A DNA stretch of 64,000 nt, from the NCBI RefSeq assembly GCF_964204645.1, contig NC_134027.1, positions 17,694,560-17,758,559 on the forward strand. Reading direction: 5' to 3'. Below, one piece after another: positions 36,901-49,590 of the stretch. Position numbers and translations under genes: made by a program. The DNA is from Tubulanus polymorphus (lineage: Eukaryota > Animalia > Nemertea). Position 1 is the first letter of the stretch. The number at the start of each line of letters is the position of its first letter. Below the pieces are notes generated by a model that saw only the letters and a list, made by a program, of their open reading frames with translations, was not told where the DNA came from and searched no databases.

Positions 36901-39065
36901 GAGTTTCGTCGAATCATCTTCTTCGTGTGCTTTACTGAAATCAAATTTTGCCAGTTTAAGATTGCTGTGAAATGGTGGAATTGTTTTCACTGGTCCATCA
37001 TATCTTCTCCTTGGTCGGACAGATGTTGACTCACTGTTCTCAAATCGAGCAGTCGGCTGGCCAATATCATCAGGAGGGATATTCTGGTAAGCTATTCCGA
37101 CTGTCACATGCAGGCTAGCTTTGCCATCGAGCGTTTCAATGTTTAAATCATAATTGTCCCACGCTGTACCTGAAATAAGAAGGCAGAAATCGAATTATTT
37201 CTCCCATCTCCGATCAATGATCAGTTCCAAACGAGACAGAAATTCTTTCTAAAACACTGCTTACCTGTTGCCAGGTATGGAGCAAGCTTTATTCCTGCGG
37301 GTGTCTCTAAGTTTCTTGAGCTACACGTGTATGCCAGCTCAGTCTCTATTCGTTTGCACTCATCGTAGCTGATTGAATGACCATTTCGGTTGAGAATTTT
37401 GAGAGTAGTTTTTGATCCCAGCATTGATGACAACCCTAATCCAAGGAATGTGCTCTTCCAAGGACGAACAGCACCACGTGTTGTCGAAAAAACCGCATCA
37501 GATGAAAGAGCTTTTGCTCTTCTTTCTACATTTTGGTTCATGCTACTTGAGAGACCATTAAGAAGTGTTTGGAAAAATGTCTCCGTTAGTGGTGGTATAT
37601 CTGGAGCTGATGATTTTAAACTTTCAATTGACGTAGGCACAGGTAACTTTGTTTTAGCCATATTTAGCATTTCTGAACGCAAAGTCATAGCTGTGCTTCT
37701 AACGCTTTCATATAATGGAACCATATTCTGAAGTTTGGATTTTGCTATTTCGAACTCCAATTCACAGTTATAGACGAAGTTGCCTTTTCGATTGCATTCT
37801 TTTCCAATAACAATCCTGTCCCCAAATCTATTTTTCAGCTTTTCAGTTAAGTTTTGGTAAGTGTACGAGTCGAGATCAGCCCTGAGTCCACCCTCAGAGA
37901 TATACAATTCCTTATACAGCTCCATCAGATGAGATACATATTTTGGGCACTTCATTTCAAGTACCTCAGTTTCAATAAGGTCTGATAAACTAGAAAATGC
38001 TGCCTCATGTAGTTTTCTACCAGATGATTTTGAGACGGTGTGTTTTTCTTTAGTTTCACGCAGGAACTGGCGTTTACAAGAATTGTGATACTTCGCCTCG
38101 ATTGCGACCAGGTCATCAGTTGCAAGAGACCTTATTCGCTGGCTTTGTTCATTTTCAGGATGTCTCAATGCAGCATCAATAATCTCTTTACTTGATTGTA
38201 GAGACTCGAATGTACACATTTTTTCTATGCTTCCATCTTTACCTCTAATTCTTTTTGTTTTATGAGGGCAGAAAATACATTTATCATGGAGGATGCCTTT
38301 GGAATTGGACCTTGGTAAGTCAGATGATGACCTAGTGGCTTTAGGTGGTGTGCATAAAGGCTCGCCTTGTGATTCACTTTCCCTTTTCTTAGCACAATTG
38401 ACAGCGGTAAATCTCCTATTGCACTCACTATGATAATGAAGTTCAAAGGAATCTGCGGTAGACAAGATATATTTAGAGGCATCTTTGAAAACATCTCTCG
38501 GACGATTCAGGCGAACTTCAGCCGCTTTGCGTAAATTTTCTTGTGATTTATACACTCTGAGACCACTCGATTCTTGTTCATTTTTATTGCAGATTACGCA
38601 TTTCTGTAAATCGGGAATAAAGGCAACTTAACATTAAATGTTGAATAGTACGAGTTTTTGTATCAACGTTTAATTGCTGTGTCTCATGGTATCCATTGGC
38701 TCTCATTGGATGGACAAGGGATTATATAATCTATAGATAATATTTAAAAAATTTATGTTTTCTAACATGTTTTTCAAATTTTAAAAACTCTGTGTACCTT
38801 AACGCCAACGAGCACATTAGTGGCAATAGCATCTTCGATTCTCCCAGCCTGATCTGATGCTGCTTCAGACGAAGATATTGCGGACAAGCCCTGAAATTAA
38901 AAGCTTATATTGCATATATCTCGCTTATCTTAACTTTATAAAAAATGAGATTCAGGGGGATATTTTCAACTGATGGGTTGACCTTACCTAATAGATAGGT
39001 TATATTTCTAATTTAACATGTTTGATTTCTATACTTACAGTTATAAAGCTTTCTTCAAGATCCAT
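33901..39065 (-). CDS. AcademX transposase fused to XPG/FEN1-like nuclease domain (4 exons, 1575 aa)
   Basis: Exons 39065-39039, 38890-38798, 38603-37265, 37169-33901, GT-AG and in phase, no stops. Cys/His modules (CVIC..YHSEC, CIFC..YHNSC), WDNYD...HVTVGIAYQ, TYDLA, LGHFH, DITLEQTVN. Nuclease motifs IDGG, HEEAGT, SSDTDV, HALTGCDFTS, LPPC. Acidic tail. Confidence 0.9.
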
Positions 39066-39229
39066 TGTTTCTGACCATGTTATGGCTATAGGCTACTATA
39101 TATTAACCATGTAGAGTCGGGGTGTAGAGTAAAGCACACTAATCACAAAAGTTTTATTGACTGTTTGGCCTTGTTTTAACATCTGGCAGAACATATTTCA
39201 ATATTGTGCTGTATGAACTTCATTTTGGA

Positions 39230-40149
39230 AAAAAAACATTCATTCCTCTTTTCACTTGGATAAACACGTATTGCTAACCCCCTAAAATGCTTCTGTCCCG
39301 GGCTTATAAGCAAGTGAAAATGTCTGTTAAACCCAATTTTATCTACTACTTATATAAACTGTTGAAGCAAAACTGATTTCAACCATTCCTCAATAGACTT
39401 GTATAAATCCATGTGGGCCAGGGTGTGGCACTTTGGGGCTTCTGTCCAGACAAACTATCACCAGAAAATTTCAGTCATGGGCATTTTTTATTGTTCTGGT
39501 GTATAAACTTCACTTAGTAAGAAAAATCATTCATTCCTCTTTTCACTTGAATAATTACGTATTGCTGACCCCCTAAAATGTTTCTGTCCCGGGCTTGTAG
39601 CAAGCAAAAATGTCTGTTAAACCCAATTTCATGTATATCTGATATATACTGTTTGAATAAAACTTATTTCAACCATTCCTCAATAGACTTGTATAAATCC
39701 ATGTGGGCCAGGGTGTGGCACTTTGGGGCTTCTGTCCAGACAAACTATCACCAGAAAATTTCAGTCATGGGCATTTTTTATTGTTCTGGTGTATAAACTT
39801 CACTTTGAAAGAAAAATCATTCATTCCTCTTTTCACTTGAATAAACACGTATTGCTGACCCCCTAAAATGCTTCTGTCCCGGGCTTGTAGCAAGCAAAAA
39901 TTTCTGTCAGTATCAGAAAATCCATGGCAGGCATACAATGAATCATAATAACATGGATTTTTTCATTCCTTCCAAAACTTGAATAAAGCCTTCAATTTGG
40001 GTCTAAAATATTGCCCCCAGGGACCAAACTAGCAGGCTGCGCCTCGGCAGAAGTTCCGATCCTGTATGCGTGCCATAATACCAATCAAATGAAGGCATAA
40101 ACAGGTATTCCCCTCTTCACTTGAATAAATGGAGCCAGCTCCCGGTCTA
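39230..40149. repeat. Academ right TIR with ~290-bp tandem repeats
   Basis: Reverse complement of 32815-33735; innermost unit more diverged. Confidence 0.9.
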
Positions 40150-42239
40150 CAAGGATTCAGCAGCCATAATTTGTATCCGTGTGTTTGGGAAGCTGTCCAG
40201 ATCCTCGAGGGAATCGGCTTTTTTGTTAGAACATTCGTAAGTGATGGAGCCACTCCTAACCGGAAGTTTTATCGTATGCACAGACGAGATGAAAAAATTA
40301 CATACTGGACGATCAACAGATATGACAAGTCTCGGAGAATTTATTTTATATGTGATGTGCCGCACTTGATCAAAACTAGCCGCAACAACCTCGAAAATTC
40401 TGGATTCAACAAAAAATCACGTGATTTAATGGTAGGTCTTAATAGACCCAGGGAGGTCCAACCTTCCTGATAGACTTGTGTCTAGTCGATTTATTTAATG
40501 TACCTAATGATAAATTTTTGTATATTACAGTTCCGCGGAAAGCCTATTAAATGGACGCAATTGCTTCGACTAGTTGAAGGAGAAGTTGGAATTAATAGGC
40601 AGGCTCCTGGACTGAATCGTCTAAGAAAATTACGACATGAACATTTGCATTTGACACCAGCGACACGTATGCGTGTGAATTTAGCTGCCCAAGTATGTTG
40701 AGTTCTTGAGTTTTTTTTTTTTACTGTTAATCCTCCCACCTCCCTCATCTTATGAATCACAAATTAATATTCTTTCTGTTTCAGGTTCTGAGTAATTCTG
40801 TGGCAGTCGCGCTTGAACTTTATAATGAACCAGAGCTCAGTTCAATGATTCTTTACATACGGATGATAAACAAATTTTTCGATTGCCTGAATGTTTCGAC
40901 AGCTTATGAGAGCATAAGAAAGAGGAATCCAGATTTAAAGGAGTATCGTAGTGAATCGGACGAACGATTAAAGGTAGATTTATAGTTATTTCATTTGGAA
41001 TGTATTGTTTCACATATAATTAAATTACAACTGAATATTCTTGTGATTCTAGTGGCTTCTCAAAGAATTCATACCATTCCTGGACGAATGGGAAGGAGAA
41101 AAAGACCTGTATGAAGGTTTGACAAAGGCACAAAAAGCAAGAAAATGTTTGAGTTGGGAAACAATTGAAGGCTTCCGGATAACTGGTGTGTTTCTTCTCC
41201 TTATATCGATAGAAAACCTTATGTGATCACCATTATTGAACAAGATTTGATTTTATATATTTTCAGTGTTCTCTTTTACTGAGTTGACAGTCGAGTTATT
41301 AAATATCAATGGAGTGGAATATTTCCTCAGCGAGAAGCTCAGCCAAGATCCGTTAGAGGAGCACTTCTCGAAACAAAGAAGTTGTGGAGGAAACAGTGAC
41401 AATCCCACTGCCGCCGCTTTTGGCCACAATGAACTCAACCTTATGATAGCAGGAAATTGTGCGAAGGCATCGTCAAAAGGCAATTTCCGTGGTAAATTCA
41501 GAAGAGATGACGACATAGACATTGAATCGGTTGTGCCTCTTAAAAGAAAAAAACGTACTTAAAAGTCGAAAAGTGTATTTATTTGTATGTCAGTAGTATT
41601 ACAAATGAAAAAGTGAATACATGATATGATACATGATACACGATATATCGAGTGTGTGTTACCAGCTGAACACCAGTCAACTTTGATTCGGTCGCAGAAC
41701 AACCCGCAATACTGTTTTAGCCCGATAAATGTTCTGCGATCGATACTACGCATGCGCACTGCAGCTCATTGAACAACGTGGAAGTGGCTGTGTATACACA
41801 TATTTTTCTCTAGAAAATCGGTTGAAATTCAACAATTTCTCGTAAAATTTGTCCAAAAAGGTATGTATTTTTATTCTTCTATATCTCCGAAACCCGGTAT
41901 CGGAACATTAAGTATTTATATTGTGATTAAAGTCTGTTTTTATGTGTTAAACATATGTTTTTGCCAGTTCGTTCCGATTCCGGGTTTAGCGTTATTTGGG
42001 CCTTGAAGATGTCAAATATTTCGGCCCAGACTCGCGCAGCTTTCGTTTCTGACGTCATGTTGCTATGTTACGACACAAACATATACACGAAGTATGATCT
42101 TTAAAATGTGTATTTACTACATAATAATGTTACTTAATAACGCTTACATTAGGCCTACAAATTATTGTCCCCAATATAATCCAAGTTGCCTAAATAGCAT
42201 CAGCAATCTCATTTAATTAACCTTTTCTTGTTTTTAGTC

Positions 42240-42490
42240 ATGGATCTTTGTCGATTGTGTGGAAAAAATGCGAAACCTCCGGATCGTCGTCCTATCGATA
42301 AAAATAATTTCAAAAGCCATGTGAAGGAGTTGTTCAACATTGATTTTGATGATGATACTGAACAGTACCCGATATATATCTGTAATATGTGTCGTGTCAA
42401 ATTACAAAAATGGCGTAAGAACAAAAACGTTAAAAAAACTGTCCCTGTGACTATCAAATTAAAACAATGGACATGTAAACCACTGGTTAA
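42240..42490 (+). pseudogene. Truncated paralog of the P-transposase N-terminal zinc module
   Basis: MDLCRLCG...FKSHVKELFNIDFDDDTEQYPIYICNMCRVKLQKWRKNKN...PVTIKLKQW aligns with MADDVCRLCG...FSSHVSLLFGIDFTTDTAGIHPDFICNLCRQKLQRWRKAKN...PVNITLKTW. Confidence 0.8.
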
Positions 42491-43705
42491 TTCCAAGTCT
42501 GGACGGCGACGTATTTGTAGTCAAAATTTTATCGATCGATTTTCCATAATGTACTGCTGCCATTCCATTTGAACTGAATTTAAATACTCGATGGTTAATC
42601 ACTTCAGTCATAGCCTTTTCCAAATATATAGTGTTCCTGCGAAGATAATAATAATGATTATTATTTTAACATGTACTTATCTGGATTTTTTATATTATGT
42701 TTATATATTATTTTCTATATTCGTTTATTATTTTATAACCTAAAAGGATTGTATTGATTATAAAAATAAATTTTAAAAAATACCTGTATGTGTGTTTTCT
42801 CGTGTTCAGATCGCAGTCTCTGGTCAGCTGAGCCTGAGAAGTACCTATATGAAAAAGAAAAGAATAAAGTGCCTGCAATACTATACAGTACTATAGCGTC
42901 TATGAATAGCGAGCAAGTATCAGCTGAACATAAATGCGTTTTGCCGTACTATCGACGTTGCAGTACGCGCTTCGAGGAACTGCGGTGGATGACGTCATTC
43001 GTCCGTCCATGACGTACCTTGTTGTGTCTGGTAGCTGTTGCGTCACTTCGCGGTAAATTCTAAACTCAAACTGTGAACTGTTTTGTGCTTAACTTTCGAC
43101 TGTTTAGTGTGCGGGGACAGCGGTCTCGAATGAACTTTTTTTCCGATTGGGTATCCAGAACTTTAAATGCGGTTTTATGATAAACTATATCATGAACTTT
43201 AATATGCGTTGTAGTGTCGAACTCTAAGAAATAGTTACTCGTTATAATGAATTGTTTACTAATGTTCTTTTTCAGGATTTGTTCTAGAGGTATCAGCGGG
43301 ATGTTCACGAGTTGGTTTAAATTCAAAATTTCGGGACGAAATTTAAACTGGATAGGGAGTGTTGATCCACAGCTAGATTTTCGTAGTAACTGAAAAATGT
43401 TTCGTAGTATTTAGAAATGTTCTTAATGTTGTTTCCGTATGCGTGGGGGTTACGTTAAAGCCGTCAGACAAGAACGTACTAGTAGTAAGAATTACGAAAG
43501 TTCTTGTTTGATGCTTTCATCTACCAACGCAAACCATAAATCAGTCTATAAACAACAATTCTTTCTCGGTTCTTCTGCTGTGGGATCTGGCAAACATTCA
43601 GAAAATCTTTATATAAAACTTTTAAATAGTTGGAACCATATTTGGTTGGGTCGGAACAATGGAGTGTATTTATAATGAGGCTCGTGAAGGGATCACGCTG
43701 ATACT

Positions 43706-44637
43706 TGATGATATTCCCGGCTACTTTCCGTAAAAGGAAAAACCGGAAGTTTAGGAAGATGTGGTTGTTTTGCTTATCCTGTATTAAAATAGAATTAGTT
43801 AAATTGTAGATAAAATAATTAGTATAAGTATTTCAAATAATTTAAGAATTGATAATCAATCACAATGTATTCCGAATCGTAGTTAATTATAATAATTAAA
43901 AAAGAAACAATGAATTTGTACTGTAATTAGAAAAGAAAACAAAGTTTTGAAAAGATATTTAATTTGAGCAATCTAGATGTTGTTTAAGAACAAATTGTTA
44001 ATAATCGCTAATGTTTTAGAAAAATTAATTTGTGTTAAATGTTAAAACTAGCTGTCTGAAGTTTCTGTTGTCTGTATGCGCTCGTTGGTAATTCACAGAC
44101 AATAGCTGCTCTCTCAACAACGACTAGCAAGGAGTGAGTAAATCACAACGCGTCATGACAGGAGGGTTGGAAGGAAAAAGTGAGTTTAGCAAATCAGTTT
44201 TGAAAATAATTTTAGATCAGCGAATCATTAAGGCCAAATTCTATATGACCAAAACAGTCATGACAGTAAGGTTGCTGCTCCTTGCCAAAAGTCGAGTGGG
44301 AGAGTCGGTATTTTAAGAATGCCGATTCTTTCTATAAAAGGGACCCGCATCTTGAGAGAGCAGTCAATCGGGAGAATCTGTACCTTAGTAAGACGAGTGT
44401 CGACAGCAGGACAGGAGAAGCTTCGGAACGATAGGGATTCATATAATAGGGATTAGGAAAATCATTCTCAGGTTCAAGGTAAATAAAATATATTATCTTC
44501 AATATTATCATCCGGTATTTCAGTTTATTCATTCGGATTTGTGCACGGACACGTTCTCTCGCCAGGGCCTTACTCAAGTATTTTAATAGATAACGATTAA
44601 AGAGAGGATTGTGACCGGTGTATCACTATAGTCATCA
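43706..44637 (+). mobile_element. Possible solo LTR
   Basis: TGATGA...TCATCA ends, TATAAAA at ~44333, AATAAA at ~44482. No TSD seen. Confidence 0.35.
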
Positions 44638-45910
44638 GTATACATAAGCAAAACATAGGCTCATTCATAGTACCAAAATTTGGCAACATCAAAACTTTTG
44701 TATGGTCAATGGATCAGTCTGAAATTTCGTACACTTGTTTAGCTATCTACCATCAATGTTGTGTCCAAATTTCATCAAAATCGGATAAAAATAAATGATT
44801 TTTTAAAAAATTGAAATGTCTCTAAAAATCTTTAATCTTGGCCCTATCTCTACAAAAAATGATCGCTAGCATCAGACTTTCATTCCCACTATGACTAGAT
44901 TATTTAAAATCAGTTTAGAACTTGATATGAAAACTTTTATGAATTTGTCAAATTTAACTGTGTGTGACCTGCTTTTCTGTTGTGAGCCAACCTCGCTCAC
45001 TCTTAACATTATAAACAAGATACTGCAGTTAGTGGGACGGCCGATCTCAAGTGTTTGCCACCCGGTTAACTAGCATCCATACTCCTCGGCCTTTAAGAGC
45101 TTAAACAACTTTTGTAGTTATGGCCCTATAGTTTTTGGCTTCTGAGGTTTTAGAGACTAGAGGGGTTATAACCCTTAGGGATCAATTTAGGCTGTACCTG
45201 ATTCAGACATTGGATTTCGAAAGTCTCATGGTAACTACATGTAGAGTTTCCAAGGAAACTGATATCAGCTGTGATGGTCAGAGAATCCTGAATTCTGAAC
45301 AGAAATGTTGGCAGGATATTCTGGACAGAAATTTCCATATTGCTGGGGTACGCATTTAACGGATAATTCTGGCAAACAGAAATGTTGGCATAAAATACTA
45401 GACAGCAATTTCTGGAAATATTCCGGAATTCTGTGAATTGTCAATTCTTGAATGGATCTGTTGAGTTCTTACTCCAAATGCTCGAGAATTTCAAATAGGA
45501 ACATGTTGATTTATGTGTCGTATTGGGTTCGAATCCCACTTAAAACCATTTTTGTGCAGCAGGATCGGGTAGCTAGAGTGCTAATGGGTCAATTAAGCAG
45601 TTGGTGTTACGTAGATGTGCCAGTTGTATTTGTGATTTGGCTATTTCTGGCCGTAACATGTTGCAATGTACCGGCAGTAGTTTCTTCAGGTCAACAGGCT
45701 GTTCTCTTTTTCGGCGTCTCTCTACATTTTCGTAGAATTCTGCAAATTCTCATTATGGTAACAACTCTTTGAACCTGCCTTTTTCCAAGAATGATTTATT
45801 TATATGAAACTGGTTTCTGAGAAAGCAACAATTGCCCCTGGTACCACCTGAAATAAATCTTAAAATTTGATTTTAGGTTTCCTTCTGTTAGGGATATAAC
45901 CTCTCATTAA

Positions 45911-46517
45911 CCCTTTTGGTACTGGCCACATACCTACCTGAGACAGAAATCGAAATTTGTGTTGATTTTCTTAAAACCCCTGGTATAAAGATATCCTAAG
46001 TGTTGTGGAAGGGGTACTGTACCCACGGAGGGCAACGTAGTGAAAAACATTTTGGTGATTAATTAATTTTTATACTAATTATGTGCGTCACGTGACCTAA
46101 TAAGCATAATTGATAAAGTTTTACAGAAAAATCTCAAAATAAAATTTGGATATCTTATCAATTACTAAACAAAGCCTGCTTTTCTATTCTGCAGTATGTT
46201 AGGATGATTATCTGAGAAATTGATGGAAAATTCCCTTTAATAAAAAAATTATGGCCGTTTTAGTGTAGCAAGGTAGTCCGCACAATTAGAGAAATATACT
46301 AATTAATTTTGATCCACAAAATATGTTTCGAAACGACTGTTTGTACGAAGTAGCTGAAGTACTTCGAAGGTTTTGTGATAGATGGTGCATGGGTATTATG
46401 ACAATTCGGTCAAAATGAGGGTCACCGATGACCATGTACCACGTAGCGAAGCTGTGGTACACGGTACAAGCTGTGGTACGAAAGTCATCGGTGACCGTGT
46501 ACCACGTAACGAAAGGG
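45911..46517. mobile_element. piggyBac-type non-autonomous element
   Basis: TTAA-CCCTTT...AAAGGG-TTAA, with subterminal GTACCAC/GTGGTAC repeats. Confidence 0.7.
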
Positions 46518-47899
46518 TTAAAGGAAAATATACCATCTTATAGAAGTGCTATAATAAAAATATTATTAATACGGTACATGTTTTTATATCAATGTTGTTT
46601 CGGCAATGTTGATCCAACATAGCGATACCAATAGTTGACATTAGGTTGGTTTTATCACCCTACATTTACAACCTTAAATCCACTATATTTCAATGTTCAT
46701 GTTCAATATGGATCCAACATTGTTTCAATGTAATTGTGCTCACTTTTACTCATCAAAAAGGCATGCAATATCCTACGTGCATTATTTCAAAATACAATGT
46801 ATTCCATTAAAAATAGTTTATCCACAATAATGAACTATTCGGTGCACGTATTAATAAAATGTTTTATTTCTCAGTAATAGCTGTCTTCTAGTTTGTTACA
46901 TGGTGTCAGAAGAAACTTTATTTTGAAAGATGGATTATGACTATAGAGCCGGAAAAGTATTTTCAAGAGGCACAAGTTCTGGTCTATAGAAACCTATTTG
47001 TCTAATGAAACTGTCGATCAGTGGCTTTATAGGACATCATTTTACCAGATACAGTCAACAAGATGATTAAGATGGGATCGTATTTGGTTTTGTCAACAAG
47101 AGGGTACTAGTTCCCTTGCTTAGGGACCCTAATTAACTCTTGGATACTGCTTTCAAAGTGTGCTGAGCATCAGAGAATAGCGCATCACGAGCCAAATCAA
47201 TGGCGGGTGCGGGATATCAAATAATGTTGTTACTAACAACAAATGAAAGCAGAAGTCTCTCATAAAGACAGTGAGTTTACACCTAAATGTAAATATTGCC
47301 GCAGCAAGTACGAGCCAATGTTCTGTTTATGACAAAAAAAGTAACCGGTTTCGTGGGCAAAATAATTTCGCACGCGTGTCTAGGAGCAAAAAGAAAACCA
47401 TCTTGAAATAGATAAAAATATGCGAAAAACGCTGGCCCTAACAAACCATAACAGATAGCTAGATATGGCACCAAAAAGGTGCTTGACAAGGAAAACGTTA
47501 ACTCAATTAACCCAACATGGAATTTTCAACATCACAAAAGATCCTTATCTTTCCCGTGACAGTAAAGACTGAGTAAATCCAATCATAGTCATGAATTTGA
47601 TTTTAATTTGATTGAACATAACTAAAAATGCTGACATAAAATTTGCATTCTACAAATCTTTGAATTATCGATAGCTTTCAATCTTCATTCTTCATGTCAA
47701 TGAACACAAACAATTTATCTAAATTATTTTACTTATTTCATTGAGTATAGATGACAAATTTTGACAAAATTGTACTAAGTATATAACCATTTTTAGCTGT
47801 AACGGTGTGTTATCAACCACTGATATATTGCCCCAAAGTGCAATTGTGTATCTACAATATAAACATCAAGACCTTTGCGCATTAAAGCATAAATGCATT

Positions 47900-48641
47900 G
47901 CAAGAACTAAGAAAGGAAGCGCAACGAATTTGAATTAGGGGTCCAGCGAGACCATGCCGAATTGAGAGGTGGTTTGAAATGCTCAACAATCTGATGTTAT
48001 TCCCCTGATGAACATATTAAGGAAAGGCAACTTTGAAAGACACCACAATCAAAGAATATGTCATGAGTTGAAATTTTTCAATTGATTATGGGAACAAAAT
48101 ATCCCAATATATCAATAATATTGGTACCTAGGGATATACTTAATAATTCAATGGCCCCTGGAAACCATACTCAAAAACCAATGATCTTGAAACGCTCAAA
48201 TTGTAAATGATTCGAAATTCAACTCCCACTGGCCAAAAACTGGGCCATCCCAAATTCCATGTATCATAAACTTTCAAATTCAAGTAGTTTCGAACGCAAA
48301 CCAAACCTTCAGCATGGCAGATGACTGGACTGAAGATCTAGAAACCAAATTGGGAGAATTATGGTGTGAGCGGTCCTCTCTTTGATGTCACTAGCACAAT
48401 GTATTCAAAAATGAATCAGAAAGATAAAGATCAAAGAGAAAAATGATTCATTGAAGCTTTACCGGATTTCCCTTGTAAACTACAATTCCAAGCCGACAAT
48501 TCCAAGACATTCCCGTGAAGCCTCTTCAAAACCAAAAATTCTTCTAGACTCTGTCTACAGACAGACAGACAGACAATGAACAAATGGTGGAAAAGTGAGC
48601 GCAATAGCATGTAGGGAATAAAGTCCCAAGTGGGCTAAAAA
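47900..48641 (+). repeat. Helentron/HINE-like repeat, same family as 17733-18360
   Basis: (ACAG)n microsatellite then AAAAGTGAGCGCAATAGC...AAAGTCCCAAGTGGGCTAAAAA. Confidence 0.55.
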
Positions 48642-48647
48642 CCGAAT

Positions 48648-49564
48648 CTAATATTGGTTTTGATTATATGGATATTGTTGTCCAGGATGTGGCCCACCCA
48701 TAGGCGGTGCTGCCATTTGACCTTGCACAGACCCTCCCATCTGACTTTGCATCGACATTCCCATCTGTCCTGCCATGTTCATCTGACTATGCATTTGATT
48801 ATGCAAAGGCTGGCCCATTGAACCTATCTGGGGTTGTGGAGGCATTTGTCCAGGAACCATCGGCGATCCCATTTGACCAGGCAAATTTTGTCCTGTCATT
48901 GAACTCTGAGGCATAGGAGCTGACATAGAATTAGGTGGATTCGGTGGCATGGGACTACTAGCCATAGAACTTGGAGCCATTTGATTTGGCATTGGGTTCG
49001 AACTAGACAGAGAACCAGTGGACATCATACCAACAGCTGAAGAACCCCCCTTATGACCACTATCACTTCCCTGGGAATTGGGTCGTTCCATCTGGCCACT
49101 GGAAGGCATTGGCGAATTTGATTGTACAGGATGAGTTGATACTCCCTGACCTTGACCCTGTCTGTTTATCTGTCCTATTTGCCCTTTATTCATGCTGTTC
49201 TGTGGTTGTATCTGACCCTGGGGACATTGCCCAGGGACCTGACCCACAGGGACCTGTCCAGACAATTGACTTGAAGCACCCTGTCCTGGCATTTGAGCAG
49301 AAGGTGTCTGTCCTGGCATCTGACCTGGGGGACCCTGGCCTGGCATTTGACTCGCAGGACCTTGTCCTGGCATCATTTGATTTTGAGGATTTATATTTTG
49401 AGGTTGACCAGGATTTTGTGGTCCAGCCACTGATATCTGTGGATGGTAACCTGGATACTGTTGACTGCTGTATGTATACTGTATTCCTGGTTGCTGTGGA
49501 TACCCTGCAGATATTGGCGTCTGCTGATTTTGTCCTTGGTAACCAGGTTGAGGAATGTATTGTC
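48648..49564 (-). CDS. Terminal coding exon of an unidentified host gene; Gln/Pro/Gly/Met-rich low-complexity region (~305 aa)
   Basis: Polypyrimidine tract and TTACAG acceptor at 49565, open frame to TAG at 48650-48648, repeated QMPGQG motifs. Upstream exons not identified in the window. Confidence 0.8.
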
Positions 49565-49590
49565 CTGTAAAGACAAAAAATAAATGATAA

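Larger units (their letters stand above)
32815..40149 (-). mobile_element. Academ (AcademX) DNA transposon, 7.3 kb, apparently full length
   Basis: TAG...CTA termini, 3-bp TSD CAA (32812-32814, 40150-40152), ~900-bp TIRs that are near-identical in their outer part, transposase plus XPG-like nuclease gene. Confidence 0.93.
31372..41562 (+). pseudogene. P-element/THAP9-family transposase (~833 aa reconstructed) with a non-THAP N-terminal zinc module, interrupted by Academ
   Basis: Coding parts 31372-32814, 40153-40431, 40531-40692, 40785-40973, 41053-41185, 41267-41562 join without stops. Motifs MRWHP, LQLPHSSTL, LLYDEMKIK, VSDGA, CDVPHLIKTSRNNL, RMRVNLAAQV, FFDCLN, SQDPLEEHFSKQRSCGGNSDNPT. 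Confidence 0.93.

Noticed and set aside
34889-38494. Short ORFs antisense to or overlapping the Academ gene (likewise within the P, DIRS and BEL genes)
   Set aside because: Shadow ORFs of long coding regions with no independent motifs.
33168-39796. Three near-identical 72-aa ORFs (MFLSRACSKQK...)
   Set aside because: They are by-products of the 290-bp repeat in the Academ TIRs, not genes.
43066-43680. Coding-like minus-strand stretch
   Set aside because: Multiple stops and no recognisable motif; cannot be assigned.
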